From: Verrucomicrobiota bacterium
GTDB lineage: Bacteria; Verrucomicrobiota; Verrucomicrobiia; Limisphaerales; JAHDYP01
Direction: 5' to 3'
NCBI GenBank assembly: GCA_046047235.1
Contig: JBJOII010000001.1
Coordinates: 31,720-95,719 of the forward strand
DNA: 64,000 nucleotides
The position numbers were made by a program, and so were the translations under genes. Every line of letters begins with the position of its first letter. Within the stretch, counting starts at the first letter, position 1. The notes under the pieces were generated by a model, which was not told the DNA's origin, did no database searches, and saw only the letters and a list, made by a program, of their open reading frames with translations. Positions 10,245 to 19,003 of the stretch are shown piece by piece.

Positions 10245-11648
10245 ATGAACACGGCCCACACCCCCTCCTCCAACCCGTCCGCTTCAACCACCCGCCGCTC
10301 GTTCCTGAAGCGCATCGGACTTGCCAGCTCCGCCCTGTCCCTGCCCCAGTTCGCCAGCGCCGCTGCATTAGGTCGCGACGGCAACACGCCGCCAAGCGAA
10401 CGCATTCGCATGGGCTTCATCGGCCTCGGCGGACAGGGCACCGGCCACTTGCTCGGCGGCGCCTGGACCTACGTCCCCGGAGGTTATGTCGCCCGGCCCG
10501 ACGTGCAAGTGCTGGCAGTCTGCGACGTGCGCCGCGAACGCCGCGAAAGCGCCTGGACCCGCTGCAACCAGATGTACGCCCAGGCCCGCGGGGTCGCCAC
10601 TTACAACGGCGTCCAAGCCTACAACGACTTCCGCGAAGTGATCGGACGCGAGGACATCGATGCCGTCCTGCTCGCCCTCCCCTATCACTGGGCCGCCACC
10701 ATGGCCACCATGGCCATGCGCGCCGGCAAGGATGTCTACTGCGAAAAGCCCATCGCCACCACCATCCGCCAAGGCCTCAATCTCATCGAAACCGCCAACC
10801 GCTTCGGCCGCGTCTACCAAGCCGGCACCCAGCAACGCTCCGAATACGGCGGCAAATTCCGCCAAGCCTGCGAACTCGTCCGTAACGGCCGCATCGGCCA
10901 GCTCAAGGAAGTCTATGCCTACCGCCAGCCCGGCGCCTTCTTCCCCGCGTCGTGGACTTCCGGGGCCTCGGTGCCAGTACCCGCCGGCTTCGACTGGGAC
11001 ATGTGGCTGGGACCGCTCCCCTGGCGCCCGTTCGGCGGTGAAGCCGGCCATACGCTCTCAGGACTCTTCGTCGGCGACGTCAACTGGAGCCCGCACCACT
11101 ACGATATCATCCAGTGGACCGTCGACCCTGACCTCAGCAAAACCGTGGATATCGAATACGTTCCCGCCAACGCCGGCGCCGGCACCGGACAACACCCGGC
11201 CGGTGCTGCGGGACGCCCCGAGGATGGCCAGGTCCACTACCATTACTCCAACGGTGTCGTGATCCACTCGACCCCCTACCCCAACGAACCCGTCGGCGGT
11301 GAAGGCGGTGCCTGCTTCGTCGGTACTGAAGGCCGTATCGCCGTCGATCGCTCCAGCATCGTCTCCTACCCGGCAAACATCCTGACAACCCCTCTCAAGC
11401 CCGACGACGAGCGCGTCTACTACACCAATAGTCATTCAGGGAACTTCCTCGAGTGCATCCGGAGCCGGCGGCGCACGATCTGCGATGCGGAAACCGCGGT
11501 GAACACGATTAAAACAATCCTGACCGGCGGCATCGCCATGGCACTCCAACGCAGTGTTCGCTGGAACCCGGTGACCAGCACGTTTGAAGGGGATGAAGCC
11601 GCCAACCGGCTCCTCTCGTTCACACCCCGCCCGCCCTGGCGCCTCTGA
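10245..11648 (+). CDS. Tat-exported Gfo/Idh/MocA family oxidoreductase
   Basis: TRRSFLK Tat motif, GFIGLGGQG, KDVYCEKP, QAGTQQRS, DWDMWLGP. Confidence 0.92.
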   Translation: MNTAHTPSSNPSASTTRRSFLKRIGLASSALSLPQFASAAALGRDGNTPPSERIRMGFIGLGGQGTGHLLGGAWTYVPGGYVARPDVQVLAVCDVRRERRESAWTRCNQMYAQARGVATYNGVQAYNDFREVIGREDIDAVLLALPYHWAATMATMAMRAGKDVYCEKPIATTIRQGLNLIETANRFGRVYQAGTQQRSEYGGKFRQACELVRNGRIGQLKEVYAYRQPGAFFPASWTSGASVPVPAGFDWDMWLGPLPWRPFGGEAGHTLSGLFVGDVNWSPHHYDIIQWTVDPDLSKTVDIEYVPANAGAGTGQHPAGAAGRPEDGQVHYHYSNGVVIHSTPYPNEPVGGEGGACFVGTEGRIAVDRSSIVSYPANILTTPLKPDDERVYYTNSHSGNFLECIRSRRRTICDAETAVNTIKTILTGGIAMALQRSVRWNPVTSTFEGDEAANRLLSFTPRPPWRL

Positions 11649-11672
11649 TACCACCCGACCGCTGTAATCGAA

Positions 11673-14093
11673 ATGAGCCAAGCCAAACCAACCTCCATGA
11701 AACGCTCTCCCCTCACTCTCAGTCTCGTTACCTGCCTTGTCCTGCTGCTCCCGGCAGCCAGCCACGCCGCCACGGAAGCCGAACTGCTCTCCATCCTGCA
11801 GTCGTCCAACGACGCCGTGGCCCGCAGCTCCGCCTGCCAACAACTCCGCACGCTCGGATCACCCAAATCCATTCCCCTGCTCGGCGGCATGCTCGGAGTC
11901 GAGGGCGTCAGCCACGCCGCACGCTACGCCCTCGAAGGCATGCCCTATCCCGAGGCCGGCGCCATGCTGCGCGCCTCGCTCGCCCGCATATCCGGAACCA
12001 ACCAGGCCGGCATCATCGATTCCCTCGGCTGGCGCCGCGAACCCCAGGCCGTCCCCCTCCTCATGCCTCTCATCAAAAGTGACGATGTACTCGTCGCCAC
12101 CAGCGCAGCCACCGCCCTCGGCCGTATCGGCGGCACCGAGGCCACTGCCGTCCTCATGGGCGTAAGCACCGAAGCACCGCAGGCAGTCCAGCACGCCGCC
12201 TATGAAAGCCTGCTCCGCTGCGCCGAGAAAAACCTCCGCGAAAAAACTCCCGCTTCCGCCCTCGAAATCTACAAGCAACTCGCCGGACGCCCCGCCCCAG
12301 AACCCATGCGGGTTGCCGCCTGGCGAGGCTGGATGCTCACCAGCACTCCCCTCTCCAGTGAAATGACCCGGCTCATGGTCACCACGCTCTCCGATACCAG
12401 CCACTTCCGACACCAGATCGCCGTCAAGGTGCTGCGCGAAATCTATGATCCCGCTTTGCTCATGACCTGCCGCAACGCCTGGGAGACCTTGCCCGCAGAT
12501 GCCCAACTGGCCCTCCTCGACGCCATGCTCCTGGCCGGCCTTAACGTCGAGGACGCCATCCAGCAAGCCACCCAAAGCCCTCACGAAGCAGTGCGCATCG
12601 CTGGATGGGAATCCCTCGCTCTCCACCCCGATTCAAGCCGCCTCCAACCGCTGGCAGCCGCAGCCGCAGCAGGCGAACCCGCCGAACGCGAAGTAGCCCG
12701 CCGTATCCTCACAGTCGTCCGCGGCCCGAACATGACCACCCGCATTGCCGACGCCATCCCCGATGCCCCCGCACCCGTACAGGCCGCCCTGCTCCGCGCA
12801 CTCGGTGAACGCGGCGACCCCGCCGCCGCCCCAGTCCTGCTCAACATGGCCCGCACCGGCGAACGCCCAGTCCGCTACGCCGCCCTCGCCTCCCTCCAGA
12901 CTCTCGCACTCCCCGATACGCTCGAATCCCTCCTGACCATCACCGCCCAAGCCAAAGCAACCGGCGAACGCGATGCCGCACTCCAAGCCGTTTTCGCCGT
13001 GTGCCGCGCCGATGGCGACAAGGAACGCATCACCTCAGCCGTGCTCCAGGCGCTCACGGTGGGTGAAGACGCCGAAAGACTGCGCCTGCTCCCCATCCTG
13101 CCCGAACTCGGCACTCCCGGGGCACTGGCTGCCGCAACCGCTGCCACCACCTATCCCGATCCCGAAATCGCCAAGGAATCCCTGCGCGTGCTGGCCCGTT
13201 GGCCCAACAGCACCCCCGCCCCGGACTTGCTCGCTCTCGCCCGAACCACGGACGACCCCACCACCCACGCCCTCGCCCTGCGCGGCGCCATCGCAGTCGC
13301 AGCTCTCGATACCAACCCCCAACAGCGGCTTGCCTGGCTAACCCAGGCCCTGGAAACGGCCAAGCGCACCGAAGAGAAGAAACAAGCACTCGGCGCCATC
13401 GGCCAACAACCCACCGCTGCCGCTCTGGAAATCGTCATCCGCACACTCCAGGAACCCGAACTCGCCAACGAAGCCGCCCTCGCCGCCCTCGCCATCGCCG
13501 AAACACTGGCCCCCACAGAAAGCCAGCTCGCCAACGACGTCGCCGTCGAAGTCCTGCAGCATGCCGACGCACCCGAAGTATTCCGCCGCGCCTGGAAATT
13601 GCGTATCCGCCCCCAGACCGGCGGACCACGCCTCCGCCACTGGCAGCTCAACGGCCCCCACCGTCAGGACGGAGTCACCGGCGCCCAAGCAGTCTTCAAT
13701 CTCGAGTTCGGACCGGAAAAAGACCCCGCCACAACCCAATGGCAACGCCTGCCCGAAGGTGAACAAGTCAACCTCGCCGCACGATTCCCCGGCCAAGACA
13801 ACTGCATCGCCTACCTCCGAACCCAGGTCAAGGCACCGGAAGCCATGCCCGCCGCCATCCTCCTCGGCAGCGACGACGGCGCAAAAATCTGGGTCAACGG
13901 CACGGTCGTCCATAGCAATAACATCGACCGCGGAGAAGTCCCGGACGACGACGTCGCCCCCATCCAGCTCCAGAAAGGCCTCAACGAAATCATCGTCAAA
14001 GTCAGCCAGGGCGGCGGCGGATGGTCCATGAGTGCCCGTATCGTCAACACCGACGGCACCCCCGTGAACGGACTCACCGAAGTCGCACCCTAA
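11673..14093 (+). CDS. Exported HEAT/PBS-lyase repeat protein with C-terminal PA14-like beta-sandwich domain
   Basis: Signal peptide; repeated AATALGRIG/ALGERGD helical repeats; C-terminal GSDDGAKIWVNG...LQKGLNEIIVK. Confidence 0.82.
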   Translation: MSQAKPTSMKRSPLTLSLVTCLVLLLPAASHAATEAELLSILQSSNDAVARSSACQQLRTLGSPKSIPLLGGMLGVEGVSHAARYALEGMPYPEAGAMLRASLARISGTNQAGIIDSLGWRREPQAVPLLMPLIKSDDVLVATSAATALGRIGGTEATAVLMGVSTEAPQAVQHAAYESLLRCAEKNLREKTPASALEIYKQLAGRPAPEPMRVAAWRGWMLTSTPLSSEMTRLMVTTLSDTSHFRHQIAVKVLREIYDPALLMTCRNAWETLPADAQLALLDAMLLAGLNVEDAIQQATQSPHEAVRIAGWESLALHPDSSRLQPLAAAAAAGEPAEREVARRILTVVRGPNMTTRIADAIPDAPAPVQAALLRALGERGDPAAAPVLLNMARTGERPVRYAALASLQTLALPDTLESLLTITAQAKATGERDAALQAVFAVCRADGDKERITSAVLQALTVGEDAERLRLLPILPELGTPGALAAATAATTYPDPEIAKESLRVLARWPNSTPAPDLLALARTTDDPTTHALALRGAIAVAALDTNPQQRLAWLTQALETAKRTEEKKQALGAIGQQPTAAALEIVIRTLQEPELANEAALAALAIAETLAPTESQLANDVAVEVLQHADAPEVFRRAWKLRIRPQTGGPRLRHWQLNGPHRQDGVTGAQAVFNLEFGPEKDPATTQWQRLPEGEQVNLAARFPGQDNCIAYLRTQVKAPEAMPAAILLGSDDGAKIWVNGTVVHSNNIDRGEVPDDDVAPIQLQKGLNEIIVKVSQGGGGWSMSARIVNTDGTPVNGLTEVAP

Positions 14094-15556
14094 CCTCGCC
14101 AGGGACGCCACCCTCGGCGAATGCGACCCAGCACCGCAGGAATACGTTCTGGCGGAACAAACCGCACGCCGCCCCGTCGACGGTGCAACGCCAGCGCCAC
14201 GAAGTGAAACGGGGCGTCCGCAGGATCCACCGCGGCATTCCACCCATCCAATGCCTGATACGCAAGGTCATCGCCGGTGAGCGTGTAGCGCCCCAGTCGG
14301 CGAATGAGCTCAAACCGGACAGGTCCGCGCCCATGGAAGGAGCGATACACTAAGCCCGTGCACACCACACGCGTGCTCAGGGTAAAATCGAACTCGAAAT
14401 CATAGGGCAAACCAAAATGGCCCAGCGCCTCTCTCAAAGCGTCCTGCCTCGATTCGGGGGATACGTTCGGCCGCAGCACCAGCACATGGTCTGCCGCCAG
14501 ACATTGTTCGAGGGGGTTGATCTGCACCCTCGGCGCCAGTCCCTCCAACACATGCCCGAATCGCCCCCCAACCACCAGCCGCTCCCGCATGCCTTCCGAA
14601 AACTCCAGCCCCTCACGCTGCTCCTCCGTGCCAAGCGCAATCGCAGCATGCGCCCAGAAACCGGGCAATAACGCCGTCGTCACCTTCCCCTCCGTGCGCA
14701 CCAGCAGGATGTCCCCGGGACAAACCTGACCCCTGAGCTCCTCCAGCACCAGCTCGGTGATCCCCGGCTTGTAATCATACTTCAACCGCGCCTGCGCAAA
14801 GGTCTCCCCGATGATCGACTGCAGCCCATACGCCGCCTTCCGTGCAGGACGCAGCACCGTCTCACGAAACTCCCGCCAGTCATGTCGCAGACGCTGCCAC
14901 AACACATGCATCAGCCGGTTGCGGACTATCCGGCGCTGCCGCCGAACCAAACCCATCGCCCAGGCCAGCTGCGAATCCGCAGCAAAACCCAAACGGATCA
15001 TGCGACGTCGCCCCTTTCTCCAGTAACGATCCGCCTCACGCATCAAACGGTAATGGGACAGCGAGCTGTAACCGCGCAGGACATCATCAAAGAAGCCCGC
15101 TTCAATGTCCAAACGTGGCTCGGGCTCGTTGAGCTTCGACCTCAGCAACGGTGCATGTTCCACCAGCTGAATGACCCGCAACGACTTCGCGTAAAGCACC
15201 AGCGCCGCGACAAAGGCAACCAGGAAACTGCGGTAACGGCACGACTCCGTTTCTCGGCCGGCATAGTTGCTGTTCTCCAGAATCAGGTCATAAGCCACCA
15301 GACGGAGATTGCGATAACTCAGCAACATCTGCCGCACCTGCGACTCCTCATCGGGAGTCAGGTAACCACGCCGAATCGCCCCGGGAAGAATCATGCCCCG
15401 GTCCAACCGAACCTCCAACGCATCCAGGCCTTCCACCAGCTCTCGCAGCAACTCAAACCGATCGGGCCCACAACCAACATCCCCTGCCGGAGCAACCCCG
15501 CCGTGGTGTGACTCCACCTGCAACAGCGCTGCAGGACTATGTCGAAAATGCCGCAT
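14090..15556 (-). CDS. Permuted papain-like (YiiX/YebB NlpC/P60) hydrolase with long N-terminal helical extension
   Basis: PGDILL, PGFWAHAAI (His), PYDFEFD and VVCTGLVY (Cys) in permuted order. Confidence 0.78.
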   Translation of the reverse strand: MRHFRHSPAALLQVESHHGGVAPAGDVGCGPDRFELLRELVEGLDALEVRLDRGMILPGAIRRGYLTPDEESQVRQMLLSYRNLRLVAYDLILENSNYAGRETESCRYRSFLVAFVAALVLYAKSLRVIQLVEHAPLLRSKLNEPEPRLDIEAGFFDDVLRGYSSLSHYRLMREADRYWRKGRRRMIRLGFAADSQLAWAMGLVRRQRRIVRNRLMHVLWQRLRHDWREFRETVLRPARKAAYGLQSIIGETFAQARLKYDYKPGITELVLEELRGQVCPGDILLVRTEGKVTTALLPGFWAHAAIALGTEEQREGLEFSEGMRERLVVGGRFGHVLEGLAPRVQINPLEQCLAADHVLVLRPNVSPESRQDALREALGHFGLPYDFEFDFTLSTRVVCTGLVYRSFHGRGPVRFELIRRLGRYTLTGDDLAYQALDGWNAAVDPADAPFHFVALALHRRRGGVRFVPPERIPAVLGRIRRGWRPWRG

Positions 15557-15615
15557 CTATGACATTTTCCCTTACCAGAGTCTGACCCCACCGCAAACAG
15601 CGAAGTCAACCAACG

Positions 15616-15657
15616 GCGTACGGATTATTGGGACACCTGTCCCAATAATCCGTACGC
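15616..15657. repeat. Perfect 42-bp palindrome (20-bp arms, 2-nt spacer), family copy 1
   Basis: gcgtacggattattgggaca-cc-tgtcccaataatccgtacgc; related half-site gtacggatt near 15761. Confidence 0.95.
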
Positions 15658-15834
15658 TGCGCCGACCCGGACCAATGGCCCCAGTCTCACGGAGACAAGC
15701 TGTTGTGCAGATGAACAGCCACTGCCAGCTCTCACGATCCGGCTCATTCCTGACTTTGTCGTACGGATTGTGAGCCCAGGTGTCCCTTTTTTTCGTAGCG
15801 CTCAAGGACGCACGGCAGTGGCTACGGTCGGGAT

Positions 15835-18800
15835 TCAGGGTTGCGTGAGAACGCGATAGAAGAGTGCCGGCAGGCTGGGTTGGATGGGATTGGTGAGGAG
15901 GTCGTGGCCCGTGGTGTTGGTTCCTGAGAGGATGGGTGTCCAGTTTATGACGTCCTGGCCCAGGTTGGTGGTGTAGAGCAGTTCATAGGGTTGGAGCGGT
16001 TCACTGAGCAGCTGGAACACGAGATTGGTTTGGTTGATGAGCTCAGGTGAACTGAGTAGGATGTAGGTGCTCCCGGTAAAATGCGCGGTCACATGCAGGC
16101 TGCGCTGGACATCGAACACATACGGGTTGTTATCGGAACGGAGGTCTCCGCTCCAGCCGAGGAAGCCCGCATCTGCGTCGGGCACCGCCGTGAGGGTGAT
16201 GGCGGTGCCGTTGGTATAGAAGTTGGCGGCGGGCGCTTTCGAGACCGTACCGGATCCTTCCGTGAGCACGGTGACGGTGAAATAGCCATCGGGCAATGGG
16301 GAGAAGGAACCGACCACGACGGGTTCTGCGTCGTTCACGGTGAAGGTGACGGGGTTATTGGTACCGGTGGCTGTGCCGCTCCATTGGGAAAAGAAATGCC
16401 CCTGATCGGGGATGGCGAGCAGGCTGATCACCTCACCCCGGGCGTACAACGCGCCTGATGGCCGGAGTTGGAACGAGCCCTTGCCGTCGGCAGCAGTGGT
16501 GACTGTGGTCCCGAAGATCGGGGTGATCGTTTTATCCCGGTCCATGAGGACCGTTGCCACGGGGTTGGTATCGGTGAGATCGCCGGACCAGCGGGAGAAG
16601 AACCAGCCATCGTCGGGCTGGGCTGTGGCGGTTACGACGGTATTACTGACATAGACTCCGCCTGGCGGGGTGAGCGTGACGGATCCATCGGGGGCGGGTG
16701 GGACTGTGAGTTCGTGGGTGGTGAGGAGATGGATTACGACTGGTTCGGCGGCGGGGCTTTCGAGGCTGGAGGTAAAGGTCCTGGCGCGGAGCGTGACATT
16801 ACTTGAGACCAGCAGCGGTGCTGTGTAGAGGGGATCAGCGGGCGTGGGGTTGGTTTCACTGGTGGTGTAATGGATGGTGGCTTCGGGCATTCCTGCGGTC
16901 ATGGTGACCGTGACGGGGTTGATGTTGGTAAAGAAGAGGTTTGTGCCCTGCTGGTCGTTGACGGTGATGATGGGGGGGGAAAGGTGCATCTCGATGACAA
17001 CGGGGTCGGCTTCGGCAGACTCGAGTGTGGCGTCGTAGCCGATGGCACGCACTGTGGCGGGAGCGTTGACGGTGACCGTGCTGGCATAGGGGTGGGAGGC
17101 GAACGTGGGCTGGGAGCCATCGAGCGTGTAGTAGAGATCTGCGTCGGGGAAAGTTGCGATCAGTTCGAGTGAGACGTCGGGCAGATCGACGAAGCTGAAG
17201 TTGGTGCCGGCGGATCCATTGACGAGCACCTCCGGTGGGGTGACGCCATAGACCGTGAGCTGGACTGGCGGGCTGGTGGAATTACCGTAGGCGTTGCCTG
17301 AGACCAGCTGGTAGGAGCCAGAATCCAGAGCGGTGACTTCGGGGAGGAGGATTCCGGTGTTGGTTGCGTTGGTAATGGCGTTGGTTTTGTTGTGGTACCA
17401 CTGGTGGGTGATGGGTTCGGCGCCGCTGACGGTGAAGTTGAGTGACACGTCTGTGCCGGCGTTTGTGACGACGTTGGCGGGTTTATCGGTGATGAGCGGT
17501 GCAGGGGAAACCCGGGTGATGAGCAGGTCGAAGGCTTGGGCATTGGTGAGGGTGAAGGAGTCGAAGGTGGCATTGGTGGTGGCTCGACCGGCGAGAGTGA
17601 GGGCGGTGCCCGGGCCGGGCTGCAGGTTATAGGCGTAGTCCATGTTTGTGCCTCCGGCGGAGCGGGCCCATTGGACACCGCCGGTGGCGTTATGCTGCAG
17701 GATGAACCAATCGAAACCTCCGGCGCTGACGAGTTCGTTGGTGCCGAAGGTGCGGTTGCCCACGAAGAATCCGGCCACAGCTGCGCCGTTTTCCGGCAGG
17801 GCAGCGACGCTGGTGGCTTCCTGGCCGCCGTGATCGACCAGCCAGAGGGGTGTTCCATCGGGGGCGAACCTGGCGGAGAACGTGTAGCGGATGGCGGAAT
17901 TGGTGAGCACCAGGGATCCCAGTTCCGCGGGTCCGGCGAAGTAGCCGACCAGAGTCACTGCATTATCGGGATCCACGGCAACGGCTTGGGCGGCGTCGGC
18001 CTGGCTACTCCCCCCCGAGTGTGCCCAGAGGAAGCGGCCCGAGCCATCGGCCGCGGCGACGACGACCTGACTATTCAGGGCATTGGTGAGCTGGATATCA
18101 TCGAAGTCCACATCGCCGGCAACGCTACCGGAGAGGATCAGGTTACCGTTGGGGCTAAGCGCGAGGGCGGATGCGAGATCGACGGAGGCGCCTCCCGCTT
18201 GGGTCGCCCATTCAACGCCCCCTTCCGGCGTCAGCGAGGTCAGGTAGATATCGCTATTGCCGTAGCTGGTCAGGGTGGTGTCGCCCCATTGTGCGGTGTT
18301 CATGAAGGAACCGGTGGCGTAGATCCGTCCGGACGAGTCGACAGCGATACCCTTGAGCGTGTCGTAGATATTCGCTCCAAACTGGGTCATCCAGAGCAGG
18401 TTGCCGTCGGGGTCGAGTTTGGCGAGGAAGGCATCGGCGGTGCCGACGGGGCCGCGATTGGTGAGTGTGACCTGGCTGCAGGTGAGGTCCCGGATGAACT
18501 GGCCACCGGCGATCGTGTTGCCGTTGGGGTCGATGGCGATGGCATCGACCTTGACTGCTCCGGGGCTGGCAAACGTCTGGACCCACAGTGGCTGGCTGTT
18601 GGACGGGGTGTAGTGGGCGACGAAGCCGTCTGTATCACCGGCGGAGGTCAACTGGGTGGTTCCGAAGTGGATGGTTTCCTCGAAGGCGCCGCCGACATGC
18701 AGTCCGCCATTGGCATCGATGGCGAGGCATCTGGCTTCGTCGTCACCGCTACCGGTGGCGGTGAGCAGGTTATGGAAGTTGTAACCCGTGGGGTGTCCCG

Positions 18801-18888
18801 CTGCATGGGGTCTCGGGGTGAGGAGCAGGGCGAGCAGGAGCGGGAGGTATTGGAGGGTGGACGGAGGAATTTTGGTAGCGGGAGCCAC
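15835..18888 (-). CDS. Large surface protein: beta-propeller repeats, Ig domain, two Fn3-associated/CHB_HEX_C-like domains, three InlB-B-like repeats, C-terminal FYRV domain
   Basis: Signal peptide; AIAVD..G repeats; QWYHN...DSGSYQL Ig motif; YYTLDGSQP; FxxWSGD repeats; terminal ALFYRV. Confidence 0.8.
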   Translation of the reverse strand: MAPATKIPPSTLQYLPLLLALLLTPRPHAAGHPTGYNFHNLLTATGSGDDEARCLAIDANGGLHVGGAFEETIHFGTTQLTSAGDTDGFVAHYTPSNSQPLWVQTFASPGAVKVDAIAIDPNGNTIAGGQFIRDLTCSQVTLTNRGPVGTADAFLAKLDPDGNLLWMTQFGANIYDTLKGIAVDSSGRIYATGSFMNTAQWGDTTLTSYGNSDIYLTSLTPEGGVEWATQAGGASVDLASALALSPNGNLILSGSVAGDVDFDDIQLTNALNSQVVVAAADGSGRFLWAHSGGSSQADAAQAVAVDPDNAVTLVGYFAGPAELGSLVLTNSAIRYTFSARFAPDGTPLWLVDHGGQEATSVAALPENGAAVAGFFVGNRTFGTNELVSAGGFDWFILQHNATGGVQWARSAGGTNMDYAYNLQPGPGTALTLAGRATTNATFDSFTLTNAQAFDLLITRVSPAPLITDKPANVVTNAGTDVSLNFTVSGAEPITHQWYHNKTNAITNATNTGILLPEVTALDSGSYQLVSGNAYGNSTSPPVQLTVYGVTPPEVLVNGSAGTNFSFVDLPDVSLELIATFPDADLYYTLDGSQPTFASHPYASTVTVNAPATVRAIGYDATLESAEADPVVIEMHLSPPIITVNDQQGTNLFFTNINPVTVTMTAGMPEATIHYTTSETNPTPADPLYTAPLLVSSNVTLRARTFTSSLESPAAEPVVIHLLTTHELTVPPAPDGSVTLTPPGGVYVSNTVVTATAQPDDGWFFSRWSGDLTDTNPVATVLMDRDKTITPIFGTTVTTAADGKGSFQLRPSGALYARGEVISLLAIPDQGHFFSQWSGTATGTNNPVTFTVNDAEPVVVGSFSPLPDGYFTVTVLTEGSGTVSKAPAANFYTNGTAITLTAVPDADAGFLGWSGDLRSDNNPYVFDVQRSLHVTAHFTGSTYILLSSPELINQTNLVFQLLSEPLQPYELLYTTNLGQDVINWTPILSGTNTTGHDLLTNPIQPSLPALFYRVLTQP

Positions 18889-19003
18889 AGTGGCCGGACT
18901 TTATCCGGCTTTGGGGGTATTCGCAAGGTGGTCGGGTGGCGGTGCTGGGCACGAAAAGGAGTGCTTCAATATTGACCATGGGGTGCAGTAGTTTCCGGGT
19001 TGG

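Noticed and set aside
15560-15835. oriC or dif at the skew switch
   Set aside because: I saw no DnaA-box cluster, AT-rich unwinding element, dnaA/dnaN or canonical dif match, and skew changes several times in the window. Not fully excluded without the whole genome.
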